Shown in pieces: positions 1-10,261 of a stretch of 64,000 nucleotides of DNA. Source of the stretch: Candidatus Thermofontivivens primus (GTDB taxonomy: Bacteria > Sysuimicrobiota > Sysuimicrobiia > Sysuimicrobiales > Thermofontiviventaceae). Each line of letters begins with the position of its first letter. Positions within the stretch are counted from its first letter, which is position 1. Location of the stretch: NCBI GenBank assembly GCA_031458695.1, contig JAVKJW010000005.1:32001-96000 (forward strand). Reading direction: 5' to 3'. A program made the position numbers and the translations under genes. The notes under the pieces were generated by a model. The model saw nothing but the letters and a program-made list of their open reading frames with translations, was not told the origin of the DNA and searched no databases.

Positions 1-178
1 GGCACACCACTTCTAAAACTACGTCACACCCTTCCCGGAAACCTGCAAAGAGATCTACGCAGCCAAAGGATTTTTACACCTCAGCGATATGCAAAAAGGC
101 AACCGCGCACGCGGCCACGAATTCATGATTGTAAAGCGGCTCTGTACCCAGCGAGGCGGTCGCGGAGGGGGAGAGGGG

Positions 179-1072
179 TTGGCCCGGATTCTTGTCACCG
201 GTGCAGCGAATGTGGATCTCATTGGCGCTCCTGCTGACCCGCTTATCCCAGGAGTGTCCAACCCTGGGACAATCGCGCTGGCCCCAGGTGGAGCAGCCCG
301 GAATGTGGCCGAGCACCTCTCCCAGATGGGCCATGATGTGCACCTGATCACGGCTGTAGGGGATGATCCCTTCGGGAGGTGGGTCCTCGACGCGACCGCG
401 CAGGCGGGCGTAGATGTTTCCAGCGCTTTCCAGTTTCCAGGTCAGCGCACAGGGCTTTACCTTGCGATCCTCGACGATGGGGAAGTCACTGCAGCAGTCT
501 CAGCCACAGGGATCGTCGAGGAGCTGACCCCTGAATCCCTCCAGACGCGCGCACCGTTGTTTTCTCAGGCAGACATCGTCGTAGCAGATGCGAACCTCCT
601 TCCTGAAGCTCTCTGGGAGGTGCATCGCCTTTCCAGGAACGCTCTCCTATGCCTCCTTCCTGTCTCCCCCCAAAAAGCCACCCGCCTCCGCGGGATCCTG
701 GCAGAGGCTGATCTCGTCGTGGGGAGCGCCAAGGAGGGAGAGGTCCTTGCTGGCCGCCCGTGTGGATCTCGGGCGGATCTCATCCTTCTTGGGAGGGCGA
801 TCCTCTCCCATGGCCCGAAGGTCGTCGCCCTCACGATGGGTGGAGAGGGTGCGGTGGTGATCACAGAGGATGCATACCTCTGGGCTCCTGCTCCCAACGT
901 CAAGGTTGTGGACCCCACGGGAGCAGGGGATGCCTTCGCGGCAGGGATCATCCATGGAAGAGCCCTTAGGCTTCCCCTCCGGGAGATGCTGGAAGGTGCC
1001 ATGGACAGGGCAGCCATTGCCCTCAAAGCTCGTGGGAATCTCTGGAGGCATCTTCTAGGAGATTCATCCTGA
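179..1072 (+). CDS. PfkB-family carbohydrate kinase, probable pseudouridine kinase
   Basis: PfkB motifs GGAARNVA, VGDDPFG and DPTGAGDAF. Sits next to psuG. TTG start at 179 after a purine-rich RBS (ORF track starts at 89). Confidence 0.85.
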   Translation: MARILVTGAANVDLIGAPADPLIPGVSNPGTIALAPGGAARNVAEHLSQMGHDVHLITAVGDDPFGRWVLDATAQAGVDVSSAFQFPGQRTGLYLAILDDGEVTAAVSATGIVEELTPESLQTRAPLFSQADIVVADANLLPEALWEVHRLSRNALLCLLPVSPQKATRLRGILAEADLVVGSAKEGEVLAGRPCGSRADLILLGRAILSHGPKVVALTMGGEGAVVITEDAYLWAPAPNVKVVDPTGAGDAFAAGIIHGRALRLPLREMLEGAMDRAAIALKARGNLWRHLLGDSS

Positions 1073-1097
1073 TCCTCTTCAGAAGGGAGAGAGATCC

Positions 1098-2027
1098 ATG
1101 GGGGTCGAGATCCTCCACGCCTTCGTCGACCTCAGCCCTGAAGTGGCCGAGGCAATAAGCCAGGGTCTTCCTCTTGTTGCCCTGGAGACCACAGTGGTCA
1201 CCCACGGTCTCCCCTTCCCTTACAACCTCCAGGCGATGGAGGAGATGGAAAAGGCCGTTCGTGAGTGGGGAGCGGTCCCAGCAGCAATTGGGGTCATCCG
1301 GGGACGTCTCCGGATCGGCCTCTCTAAAGAGGACCTCAACTGGCTTGCAGAGGGGAAAGTGGAGAAAGCCACGGCGAACGACCTTGCGGCGATGGTGACG
1401 AAGGGCCAAAGCGCGGGGTTGACTGTCTCTGGGACCCTCGCCGCGAGTAGGCTCCTAGACATCCCTATCCTGGCTACGGGAGGGATTGGAGGAGTCCACA
1501 GAGGGGGATGGAGGACGTGGGATGTGAGCAGGGACCTCTACGAGCTTAGTAGGACCCAAGCGGCTGTTGTGTGTAGCGGGGTGAAGATCCTCTGTGATGT
1601 AGCGTTGACCCTAGAGCTCCTGGAATCCCTGGGGATAGGAGTGGTAGGGTTCCAGACCGATACCTTTCCTTATTTTTACCTGAGATCCAGTGGGCTTCCC
1701 ATTTCCACCACAATGGCCGATCCGAAAGAGATTGCCAACCTCCTGCTTGTTCGGCGGAGGTTACACCAGCAGGAAGGGATCCTTGTGGTGCAACCCCTTC
1801 CAGAGGACTTAAGCCTTGAACGATCCATGGTGGAAGAGGCATTACGCGTGGCTGAGAGGAACGCGAGGGCGAAGGGGATCCGTGGGAAAGCGCTCACCCC
1901 GTTTCTCCTCCAGTCCCTCCATGCGCTTACCTCTGGAGCCACGGTCCAGGCCAACCTCGCGTTGCTCTCGTCCAATGCCCGGCTTGCCGCTCAGATCGCC
2001 TCTGCCCTCGCGGATCTCAGGAGGTAG
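1098..2027 (+). CDS. psuG: Pseudouridine-5'-phosphate glycosidase
   Basis: Motifs VALETTVVTHGLPFP, ATGGIGGVHRG, DVSRDL and GKALTPFLL. Confidence 0.92.
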   Translation: MGVEILHAFVDLSPEVAEAISQGLPLVALETTVVTHGLPFPYNLQAMEEMEKAVREWGAVPAAIGVIRGRLRIGLSKEDLNWLAEGKVEKATANDLAAMVTKGQSAGLTVSGTLAASRLLDIPILATGGIGGVHRGGWRTWDVSRDLYELSRTQAAVVCSGVKILCDVALTLELLESLGIGVVGFQTDTFPYFYLRSSGLPISTTMADPKEIANLLLVRRRLHQQEGILVVQPLPEDLSLERSMVEEALRVAERNARAKGIRGKALTPFLLQSLHALTSGATVQANLALLSSNARLAAQIASALADLRR

Positions 2028-2081
2028 GTCCGAGGGGACCGTGGAAGTGTAAGTCCATAAGGAGGATTTCGGGGGCAGGAC

Positions 2082-2870
2082 TTGACCGAAGGAGAGTTGC
2101 CCGTCATGAGGGAATTGCAGCAGGGTGAGTTGGGGCTTGGGGAACTCCTGCGCCGTGCCAGGGAGAGAAAAGGGCTCTCCTACGTCGACCTGGAGGCGAT
2201 GACCAGGATCCGGAGGACCTACCTGAAGGCCTTGGAAGAGGAGAAGTTCGAACTACTTCCTCCACCTATATTTGTGAAAGGCTACCTGAAGATCCTCGCC
2301 CAGGCACTGGATATCGAGGAAGGTTCACTCCTCCACATCTACGCGCAGATATCCCAGCCTCCTCCTCAGGCTGAATTCGCCAAGGTTCCCATTGAGCCGG
2401 CTACCCCTCCCTCCCCATGGCGCCGCGTTGTGGTCCTTGCTACCCTTTTCCTCCTCGTGGTCCTCAGTGCTGTTGGGTACTACGCCCTGACAGAGCTTAG
2501 ACAGTTCCTCGCCCCTCAGCCCCAGGTGGAAACTACCTACATCCAACCGGAGCCATCCCAGGAAGCTTTTGGGGGAGACCAGGGAGCTATCCAGGAATCC
2601 CCGCCTCCAAAAGCGCCACCGGCTCAAAGCGGGGTGCGTGTCGTGCTGAAGGCGAGTGGCAGGTCCTGGGTGCGGGTCATCGCCGACAGGGAGAAGGTGT
2701 TTGAAGGGTTCCTGAAGAGCGGTGAAATGGGAAGCTGGGAGGCGTCGGAGGAGATCACCATCCGCGTTGGAAATGCTGGGGGTGTTGCGGTCTCTGTGAA
2801 CGGCTCCACCTTTACTCCCATGGGAAAGCCAGGACAAGTCGTCGAGCAAACTTTCACCTCCTCTCCATAG
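2082..2870 (+). CDS. rodZ: RodZ-like protein (N-terminal HTH, one TM helix, C-terminal DUF4115-type domain)
   Basis: LRRARERKGLS...YLKALEE...FVKGYL HTH, a hydrophobic helix, and C-terminal SWVRV...IRVGNAGGV. Located upstream of cinA-recA. Confidence 0.8.
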   Translation: MTEGELPVMRELQQGELGLGELLRRARERKGLSYVDLEAMTRIRRTYLKALEEEKFELLPPPIFVKGYLKILAQALDIEEGSLLHIYAQISQPPPQAEFAKVPIEPATPPSPWRRVVVLATLFLLVVLSAVGYYALTELRQFLAPQPQVETTYIQPEPSQEAFGGDQGAIQESPPPKAPPAQSGVRVVLKASGRSWVRVIADREKVFEGFLKSGEMGSWEASEEITIRVGNAGGVAVSVNGSTFTPMGKPGQVVEQTFTSSP

Positions 2871-2882
2871 CCTGAATCCTTG

Positions 2883-2911
2883 TTGCAAGAATTACATTTT
2901 TCTTTTATACT
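2883..2911 (+). promoter_or_regulatory. sigma70-type promoter for cinA (TTGCAA-17 bp-TATACT)
   Basis: Near-consensus -35 and -10 with 17-bp spacing in an AT-rich intergenic stretch. Confidence 0.65.
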
Positions 2912-3004
2912 AGAATCACTTGATTGTTTTTCGGCGAGGGTTGAGTAAAGGGAGAGCGGGGTCCTCCGTCCAAGTAGTTAGGGAAACAAGGCCTGAGGTT
3001 GGAG

Positions 3005-4264
3005 ATGCGTGCTGAGATTATTTCCGTGGGGACCGAACTGCTCCTTGGCCAGATTGTGGACACCAATGCTACTTTCCTGGCCCAGGTCCTGGCCGAACTC
3101 GGGATTGACCTCTATTTTAAGACCACCGTGGGGGATAACTGGGCGCGTATCCAGCAGGTAACAAAAGAGGCGCTGTCCCGTTCCGATCTCCTCCTCTTTA
3201 CGGGGGGGCTCGGCCCTACAGAGGACGATCTCACCAAGGAGGCAGTGGCAGACCTCCTGGGGTTAGAGCTGGTACGGGAGGAGAGCGTGGAAGCCCATAT
3301 CCGCGCGTTGTTTGAACAGCGTCGTCGACCCCTGGTGGAATCCGTGCTCAAGCAAGCCCTCATCCCCAGGGGGGCCAAGATCATTCCAAACCGGTGGGGA
3401 ACCGCTCCCGGGTTGATCATCGAACACGGGGAGAAGATCCTGATCCTTCTCCCGGGGGTTCCCCGCGAGATGAAAGGGATGGTCCGGGAAGGGGTCATCC
3501 CTTATCTCCACTCCAGAGGGTTCACAGGGAAGGAAGTCATCCGTTCCCGCATCCTCCGGATCGCAGGGGCGGGAGAGGCATTGGTCGAAGCAAAGCTGGC
3601 CGGCCTTCTCTCGCGGGCAAACCCGACCATTGCCTTCTTGGCCCATCGGGGAGAGGTCCACGTCCGCATCACCGCGAAGGGGAACCCTGAGGAGGTAGCA
3701 GCAATGCTGGAGGCTGCGGAACAGGAAGTTCGCGGGCGTCTGGGCGAGCTTGTCTTTGGAATCGATGAGGAAAGCCTGGAGGAAGTCGTGGGCCGCCTCC
3801 TGCGTGGCCGTCGCCTAACCCTTGGGGTTGTCGAGTCGTGTACAGGTGGCCTCCTCTCCCACCGGTTGACCAACGTCCCCGGGAGCTCGGAATACCTTGT
3901 GGGAGCTGCGGTGCCCTACACGAAGCGGGCGAAGATGCAGCTTGGCCGGTTGAAGGAAGCACTTCTTAGAGAGGCGGGCGAGGTGAGCCCGGAGGTGAGC
4001 GTGGCCATGGCCAGGGAAGCGAGGGCGCTCTTGGGGAGCGATCTTGGGCTGTCAGTAACTGGGGTGGCTGGGCCCCAACGCGTAGGGGAACTTCCTGTAG
4101 GAACTGTGTATATCGCCCTTGCCGCACCGGAAGGGGAAGAGGTAGAGGAGCACCGGTTTGGGGAAGAACCTGGGCGCGAGGGGATCAAGTGGCTCGCATC
4201 CCAGGCTGCGTTGAACTTGCTACGGCTTTACCTTCTTCGGGGTCTCAACGGGAGGAGATCGTGA
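3005..4264 (+). CDS. cinA: Competence/damage-inducible protein CinA (MoCF-like + NMN deamidase domains)
   Basis: AEIISVGTELLLGQIVDTNA, GGLGPTEDDLT and ESCTGG motifs. Confidence 0.93.
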   Translation: MRAEIISVGTELLLGQIVDTNATFLAQVLAELGIDLYFKTTVGDNWARIQQVTKEALSRSDLLLFTGGLGPTEDDLTKEAVADLLGLELVREESVEAHIRALFEQRRRPLVESVLKQALIPRGAKIIPNRWGTAPGLIIEHGEKILILLPGVPREMKGMVREGVIPYLHSRGFTGKEVIRSRILRIAGAGEALVEAKLAGLLSRANPTIAFLAHRGEVHVRITAKGNPEEVAAMLEAAEQEVRGRLGELVFGIDEESLEEVVGRLLRGRRLTLGVVESCTGGLLSHRLTNVPGSSEYLVGAAVPYTKRAKMQLGRLKEALLREAGEVSPEVSVAMAREARALLGSDLGLSVTGVAGPQRVGELPVGTVYIALAAPEGEEVEEHRFGEEPGREGIKWLASQAALNLLRLYLLRGLNGRRS

Positions 4265-4854
4265 ACCGCGAGCAGCCACGTCTTCATCGCGTGTTCATCG
4301 CCGTGGAGCTTGATCATCAGCTCAGGGAGAAGGTTGTTCATATCCAGCAGGCCCTCAAGGAGTCAGGCGCGCACATGCGGTGGGTCCAGCCCCAGAACCT
4401 CCATTTTACCCTCCGGTTCTTGGGGGAACTCCCTTTGGCTGAGGTGGCCAAGGCAAAGATCGCCGTGCGCGAGGCAGGCCGCAGGGCCTCTCCATTCGCG
4501 ATCCATCTCAAGGGGGTAGGGGCTTTCCCTAGCCTGGAGCGCCCCCAGGTGGTCTGGATCGGTGTTGGGGAGGGGGAGGCTGAACTCGCTAGGCTTGCTG
4601 AAGCCGTCAGCCTTTCCCTGGCGCGATACCACTTTCCCAAAGAGGACCGGCCGTTTACTGCCCACCTCACCCTTGGCAGGCTGAAGACGAGCAGGAACTG
4701 GGGGGATCTCGTCCGCCTCCTGCGCTCCCTGAAGGATGTGGATGTGGGCGATCAGCGCGTGGAGGCTATGGTGGTGATGGAGAGCCGCCTCACTCCGAGC
4801 GGGCCCATCTATACCCCTCTGGAGACAGTTCTCCTGGGGGAAAATGGGGCTTGA
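4261..4854 (+). CDS. thpR: RNA 2',3'-cyclic phosphodiesterase (2H family)
   Basis: Two HxT motifs (HFTL, HLTL). GTG start after GGAGGAG. Lies between cinA and recA. Confidence 0.9.
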   Translation: MNREQPRLHRVFIAVELDHQLREKVVHIQQALKESGAHMRWVQPQNLHFTLRFLGELPLAEVAKAKIAVREAGRRASPFAIHLKGVGAFPSLERPQVVWIGVGEGEAELARLAEAVSLSLARYHFPKEDRPFTAHLTLGRLKTSRNWGDLVRLLRSLKDVDVGDQRVEAMVVMESRLTPSGPIYTPLETVLLGENGA

Positions 4855-4879
4855 CAATCAAACATATGTTTGGTATAGT
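4851..4879 (+). promoter_or_regulatory. recA promoter TTGACA-17 bp-TATAGT with a palindromic LexA-type box CAAACATATGTTTG (4859-4872) in the spacer
   Basis: Perfect 14-bp palindrome resembling the Gram-positive GAAC-N4-GTTC SOS box. A related box lies upstream of lexA. Confidence 0.85.
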
Positions 4880-4905
4880 GAGTTCAAGCAAAGAGGGAGG
4901 TAGTC

Positions 4906-5976
4906 ATGATGAATGAGCGTCAGCGTGCTCTCGAATTAGCCCTCACCCAGATTGAGAAGCAATTTGGAAAAGGATCGATCATGAAACTTGGCGAGGCAAG
5001 CGCCAAGCTCGCAGTGGAAGTGATCTCCACGGGTGCCCTTTCCCTCGATGCTGCCCTTGGCATCGGGGGAGTCCCGCGGGGCAGGGTGGTGGAGATCTAC
5101 GGCCCTGAAGCGTCGGGGAAGACCACCTTGGGGTACCACATCATTGCTGAGGCCCAACGGGAAGGGGGAATTGCTGCTTTCATTGACGCGGAGCACGCGC
5201 TTGACCCCAACTATGCCCGGGCGATTGGCGTGGATGTCGACAACCTCTATATCTCCCAGCCCGACTCCGGGGAACAGGCCCTGGAGATCGCGGAGATGCT
5301 TGTGCGAAGCGGGGCTGTGGACGTGATTGTCATCGACTCAGTGGCCGCCCTCGTCCCCCGGGCTGAGCTCGATGGGGAGATGGGGGATGCTCACGTGGGG
5401 CTTCAGGCAAGACTCATGTCCCAGGCGCTCCGCAAACTCGTCGGCGCCATCAGCAAGTCCCGCACCACTGTCGTGTTCATCAACCAGGTGCGCGAGAAGA
5501 TCGGGGTAATGTTTGGGAACCCCGAGACCACGACGGGAGGGCGCGCACTAAAATTCTACTCCTCTGTCCGCATGGAGATCCGAAGAACCGAGAGCCTGAA
5601 GTCTGGGGAGGATACAGTGGGCATGCGCGCCCGGGTGAAGGTCGTCAAGAACAAGCTGGCCCCGCCCTTCAAGGAAGGGGAGGTGGAGATTCTCTACGGG
5701 AAGGGCATTTCCAAGGCAGGGAATATCCTCGACATGGCTGTCTCCACTGGGATCATCACCCGTAGCGGCACGTGGTACACCTATGGGGACATCCGGTTGG
5801 GCCAAGGGAGGGAGAATGCCCGGGATTTCCTGGAGAGCAACCCTGAGCTTGCCCACGAGATCGAGGACAAAGTGCGGGAGAAACTGGGGCTTCCTAGGTT
5901 GAAGACGGTAGGGGAGGTTAAAGCATCCGACCCGGAGCAGGTACGCAAAGAGCCTCAGGCAAAAGTGAAGGCGTAA
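4906..5976 (+). CDS. recA: Recombinase RecA
   Basis: GPEASGKTT Walker A, DSVAALVP and GGRALKFY. Confidence 0.99.
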   Translation: MMNERQRALELALTQIEKQFGKGSIMKLGEASAKLAVEVISTGALSLDAALGIGGVPRGRVVEIYGPEASGKTTLGYHIIAEAQREGGIAAFIDAEHALDPNYARAIGVDVDNLYISQPDSGEQALEIAEMLVRSGAVDVIVIDSVAALVPRAELDGEMGDAHVGLQARLMSQALRKLVGAISKSRTTVVFINQVREKIGVMFGNPETTTGGRALKFYSSVRMEIRRTESLKSGEDTVGMRARVKVVKNKLAPPFKEGEVEILYGKGISKAGNILDMAVSTGIITRSGTWYTYGDIRLGQGRENARDFLESNPELAHEIEDKVREKLGLPRLKTVGEVKASDPEQVRKEPQAKVKA

Positions 5977-6059
5977 GCGGGCGAGCTCCCTCCTGAAGAT
6001 AGGAGTACCACTCCACAGGATCTACTTCGGGTGTTGGTGGGGTACTTGGGAGAGCGACG

Positions 6060-6701
6060 ATGGTCACCGTTCGACGAATTCGTTCTCTTCCAGGCGCTGT
6101 GGAGAGGGCTATCGTGGAGGTGGAGGGAAAGGGGAGATTTTTGGTCTCAAGAGGGCTTGCGGCGGAGTTAGAAGTAGGGATGGCCCTCGATGATCGGCTC
6201 CTTAGGAGGCTCGCGAGCGAGGACCTTTTGCACCGTGCGCTGCAAGTTGCTCTCCGGCTTTTACGCATCCGCCTGTACAGCAGGGCAGAAATGACCCTCC
6301 ACCTTAAAAGGCGCGGATTCCCTCCCCAGATCGTGACGAATGTGATCCGCATGTTAGAGCAGCAGGGAGTTCTCAACGACCTCCAGTTTGCCAAGACTTG
6401 GATCACTGGGGTCATGGCGAGACGACCAGCGTGGCAGAAGAGGCTAGAAGCGGAGCTACGGGCAAAGGGGGTGGTGAAGGAGGTGATCGCACAAGCGCTC
6501 GATGAGGCCCTCTCCGGGACTACAGAAGTTGAGGTTGCGCGGGAAGTTGCCCTCCGTCGCCTCCGGGCGTATCATCGCTTTCCCCCGGAGGTGCAACAAA
6601 GGCGTTTGATCTCCTTCCTCCAGCGCAGGGGGTTCACTCCCGAGACAGCTACATCTGTGGTGAGGGAGCTTGTGCGGGAGGAAGGATCTCGTGAATCCTG
6701 A
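6060..6701 (+). CDS. recX: Regulatory protein RecX
   Basis: Directly after recA. LRLLRIRLYSRAEM, LNDLQFA and FLQRRGF motifs. Confidence 0.85.
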   Translation: MVTVRRIRSLPGAVERAIVEVEGKGRFLVSRGLAAELEVGMALDDRLLRRLASEDLLHRALQVALRLLRIRLYSRAEMTLHLKRRGFPPQIVTNVIRMLEQQGVLNDLQFAKTWITGVMARRPAWQKRLEAELRAKGVVKEVIAQALDEALSGTTEVEVAREVALRRLRAYHRFPPEVQQRRLISFLQRRGFTPETATSVVRELVREEGSRES

Positions 6702-6710
6702 GGGCACGTC

Positions 6711-9700
6711 ATGGGGAAACGAAGACACCGCAACCTGGCTTCGAGGACGAGGAAAGGCGAAGAAAGTGAGGACCAACTCCCCTTGGGCCTCGAACCTCCC
6801 TCTGTAGAACTCCTCCATGCGGGGCTGCCGCATGAATCGAGAGTGGCGGAGGAGCCTGCTGAATTCCTGAAGGAGTTGGGGGAGCTCTCGGTCAGCAGGA
6901 TCCTTGCTGACCTCAACGAAGAGCAAAGGCGCGCAGTCACCCACGGGGAAGGGCCTCTCCTGATTGTTGCAGGCGCAGGCACCGGAAAGACCACGGTGAT
7001 CACCCGCCGCATTGCCTATCTTATCGCGACGAAGCGGGCGAGACCACGGGAGATCCTGGCGCTCACCTTCACCGACAAGGCCGCCGCGGAGATGGAGGAG
7101 AGGGTAGACCTCCTCGTTCCCTATGGGTATGCGGACGTGTGGATTAGTACATTCCACGCGTTCGGAGACCGGATCCTTCGGGAGAATGCCCTGGAGATCG
7201 GCCTTAACCCAGACTTCCGCATCCTCTCCAAGGCGGAGCAGATCATCTTTTTCCGCGAGCACCTTTTCGACTTTCCATTGGACTACTACCGCCCGCTCGG
7301 TGACCCTACCAAATATGTAGAGGCAATGATCACCCTATTCAGCCGGGCAAAAGATGAGGATGTGAGCCCGGAGGAGTACCTGACGTATGCAGAAAAACTC
7401 CTTGCAGAGGCGGATCCAACTGACCCTGAAGCAGTGCAAGAGGCTCGCAGGCAACTCGAGATTGCCCGTACGTACCAGCGCTACCAGGAACTCCTGGCGA
7501 AGGAAGGCCTCGTGGACTTTGGAGATCTCATCACCCTCACGCTCAAGCTCTTCCGGGAGCGACCGCATGTCCTGCGGCGCTATCAAGAGCAGTTCAAGTA
7601 TATTCTCGTCGATGAGTTCCAGGACACGAACTACGCCCAGTTCCAGCTCACCAAGCTCCTGGCCAGCCGACATGAGAACATCACCGTGGTGGGCGATGAC
7701 GACCAGAGCATCTACAAGTTTAGGGGGGCTGCGATTAGCAACATCTTGAACTTTATGGATACCTATCCGCACGCCACCCAGATAGTCCTTACCAGGAACT
7801 ATCGTTCTTCTCAGCTCATCCTCGATGCCGCCTATCGCTTGATCCGGTACAACGACCCCGATCGTCTGGAGGTCAAAAACCAGCTGGACAAGCGCCTGTT
7901 CGCCGTCCATATGGAGGGACAGCCTGTTCGACACCTCCACTTTGATTCACTCTCCAGTGAAGCGGACGCGGTTGCAAGCATCATTGCGGAGAAGGTGGAG
8001 AAAGGTGCATACCGGTATAAGGATTTTGCCATCCTTGTTCGCTCCAACAACGACGCCGACCCTTTCCTGCGTTCCTTAAATATGAGGGGGATTCCCTTTC
8101 ACTTCAGCGGGGGGCAGGGGCTCTACCAGCGGGAGGAGATCCGCCTGGTCATGGCTTTTCTCCGATCTCTCACTAACCCGTATGACAACCTAAGCCTCTA
8201 CCATCTGGGAAGTTCCCCCCTCTACCAGATTGACCCCGGGGACCTCGCCCGTTGCCTTGCCGTGGCGAATCGCAAAAACCGCTCCCTGGAGCACATCTTC
8301 GACCAGCTCCACGCGTACGAGGAGTTGGAGGAGGTCTCCCCAGAGAGCCGTGCTGCCATCGCCAAGCTCGTGGAGGACCTCAAAGAGATGCGTTCCTTTG
8401 CTCAGCACCACGTGACCGGCCGGGTTCTCTACGAGTACCTCGTGAACCGGACAGGATATATCCGGCGCCTCGTTGCTTCAGGCAATGTGGAGGACGAGAT
8501 CAAAGTCGCCAACCTGGCGAAGTTTTTCGACATTGTGGCCAAAGTAGCCCAGCTCCTGCGCTACGACAACGTGCACGCGTTCGTAGAGTACATGGATAAG
8601 CTCATCGAAGCAGGGGATGATCCCACAGCTGCGGAGCTCTCCGGTCCCGACCTCGATGCAGTCCACGTCATGACCGTGCACAAGGCCAAAGGCCTGGAGT
8701 TTCCCGTGGTCTTCCTGGTGAGCTGTGTCTCCGATCGCTTCCCGACCCGGAACCGCAACGAGGGGTTGAGCCTGCCTGATCCTCTGATCAAGGACATCCT
8801 CCCCAGCGGCGATTTCCACCTCCAGGAGGAGCGGCGCCTGTTTTACGTGGGGATGACACGGGCCCAGAAAGAACTCTACTTGACAAGCGCGCGGGACTAT
8901 GGGGGGGTTCGGCCACGGAAGGTAAGCCAGTTCGTCCTTGAAGCGATGGATATGCCCAAGGTGGATCCTGAGGTAGCAAAGGCCTCGGCGGTGGAAGCCA
9001 TCGAACGGCATGCGCCGCCTGTGGTGGAGTCCTTGATGGGCCAGCCACTTCCTGAGGACAGTCCCCTCATCCTCAGCTTCCGGCAGATCGACGACTACGA
9101 TACGTGCCCGCTCAAGTACAAATATATCCATATCCTTCGCGTCCCAGTGATGCGGGATCACCGGGTGGTTTACGGCGCAGCCCTCCACGAGGCCGTGCGA
9201 GAGTATAACCGGAGGAAAGCTCGGAACCAGCCGATGAGCCTGGAAGAGCTCATTTCGTACTTCGAGCGGGTCTGGACAAACGAAGGGTTCGTCAGCCGGG
9301 AACACGAGGATTACCGGTTTGAGGAAGGCCGCCAGGTCCTGCGACAGTTCTTCCTATTCGAAGAAGGTAGTGGGGTTACTCCCACCCTCGTGGAGATGCC
9401 CTTCAGCTTCCAGCTTGGGAAGACGCGTGTAAAGGGGAGGTGGGATCGGGTAGACGTCCACGGGGACGAGGTCGTCATTGTGGACTTCAAGACGAGCGAT
9501 GTCCGCGACACGAAGGAGGCCAATAGGAGGACCAGGGAGAGCCTCCAGTTGGCCATTTACGCACTCGCCTACAAGGAGGTCTATGGACGCCTCCCCTCTT
9601 GGGTAGAGCTCCGTTTTTTGGGGAGTCAGCAGGTACTGGTGGGGCGTGCAGAGCCGCATGAGGAGTATATCCGCGAAGCGATAGAGGTGATCGAGAAGGT

Positions 9701-9809
9701 AGCTAAGGGGATTCGGGCACAGCGCTTTGTGGCCACGCCAGACTTCTACCGGGCGTGCAGGTTTTGTGCTTTCAACCAGATTTGTCCTTACACCGCAGCA
9801 GGGGAGTGA
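6711..9809 (+). CDS. UvrD/PcrA-family ATP-dependent helicase with C-terminal PD-(D/E)XK nuclease (AddA/AdnAB-like, Fe-S cysteines)
   Basis: Helicase motifs AGAGTGKT, DEFQD, VGDDDQSIY, TVHKAKGLEF and EERRLFYVGMTRA. Nuclease motifs GRWDRVD and IVDFKT. Cys pattern CPLKY...CRFCAFNQIC. Confidence 0.9.
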   Translation: MGKRRHRNLASRTRKGEESEDQLPLGLEPPSVELLHAGLPHESRVAEEPAEFLKELGELSVSRILADLNEEQRRAVTHGEGPLLIVAGAGTGKTTVITRRIAYLIATKRARPREILALTFTDKAAAEMEERVDLLVPYGYADVWISTFHAFGDRILRENALEIGLNPDFRILSKAEQIIFFREHLFDFPLDYYRPLGDPTKYVEAMITLFSRAKDEDVSPEEYLTYAEKLLAEADPTDPEAVQEARRQLEIARTYQRYQELLAKEGLVDFGDLITLTLKLFRERPHVLRRYQEQFKYILVDEFQDTNYAQFQLTKLLASRHENITVVGDDDQSIYKFRGAAISNILNFMDTYPHATQIVLTRNYRSSQLILDAAYRLIRYNDPDRLEVKNQLDKRLFAVHMEGQPVRHLHFDSLSSEADAVASIIAEKVEKGAYRYKDFAILVRSNNDADPFLRSLNMRGIPFHFSGGQGLYQREEIRLVMAFLRSLTNPYDNLSLYHLGSSPLYQIDPGDLARCLAVANRKNRSLEHIFDQLHAYEELEEVSPESRAAIAKLVEDLKEMRSFAQHHVTGRVLYEYLVNRTGYIRRLVASGNVEDEIKVANLAKFFDIVAKVAQLLRYDNVHAFVEYMDKLIEAGDDPTAAELSGPDLDAVHVMTVHKAKGLEFPVVFLVSCVSDRFPTRNRNEGLSLPDPLIKDILPSGDFHLQEERRLFYVGMTRAQKELYLTSARDYGGVRPRKVSQFVLEAMDMPKVDPEVAKASAVEAIERHAPPVVESLMGQPLPEDSPLILSFRQIDDYDTCPLKYKYIHILRVPVMRDHRVVYGAALHEAVREYNRRKARNQPMSLEELISYFERVWTNEGFVSREHEDYRFEEGRQVLRQFFLFEEGSGVTPTLVEMPFSFQLGKTRVKGRWDRVDVHGDEVVIVDFKTSDVRDTKEANRRTRESLQLAIYALAYKEVYGRLPSWVELRFLGSQQVLVGRAEPHEEYIREAIEVIEKVAKGIRAQRFVATPDFYRACRFCAFNQICPYTAAGE

Positions 9810-9886
9810 GCATATATCCCATTTCGTATAGAGAAAACGCCATTCCTACTCTGCGTGGGTATGCTTTCCGCTTCGCGAAGGAGGGG

Positions 9887-10261
9887 GTGCAATCGGGTGG
9901 GGTCATCGTTAGCCCGTGGAGGGAGGAGTTGATCCGAGCGATTCAAGAGAGGCGGATCCTCCATCTCACCTATCAAAAGAAAGGGGGATCTGTGGAGAAG
10001 TACGTTATCGCTCCATGGGATTTGGTCCCAGGAGGTGAGACAGGTGAGGAGCTCCTTGTGGCCTTTGCCTATAACCGGAACGATTTCCGCTCGTTCCGCT
10101 TGAGCAGGATCCTGAGCATCCGGGAGCTAGGAGAGGAATTCGACCCACGGGAGTTCTATCCGAGGCTCGCTACGTGGCCTCCTCGTTGGCATGTCCTGCG
10201 CGCGTGGCCCCTTCAGGAAGGCGAATATCCCGCGGGGAAGGGAGGCCTGGGAAGGGGATGA
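9887..10261 (+). CDS. Small stand-alone WYL-domain protein
   Basis: AIQERRILHLTY...VIAPW...LVAF...RSFRLSRI matches the WYL pattern. GTG start after AAGGAGG. Stop overlaps the next start (ATGA). Confidence 0.75.
   Translation: MQSGGVIVSPWREELIRAIQERRILHLTYQKKGGSVEKYVIAPWDLVPGGETGEELLVAFAYNRNDFRSFRLSRILSIRELGEEFDPREFYPRLATWPPRWHVLRAWPLQEGEYPAGKGGLGRG

Noticed and set aside
9060..9809. Cas4 / CRISPR adaptation module
   Set aside because: The four-Cys nuclease is fused to a UvrD motor in a recA context; no cas1, cas2 or array.
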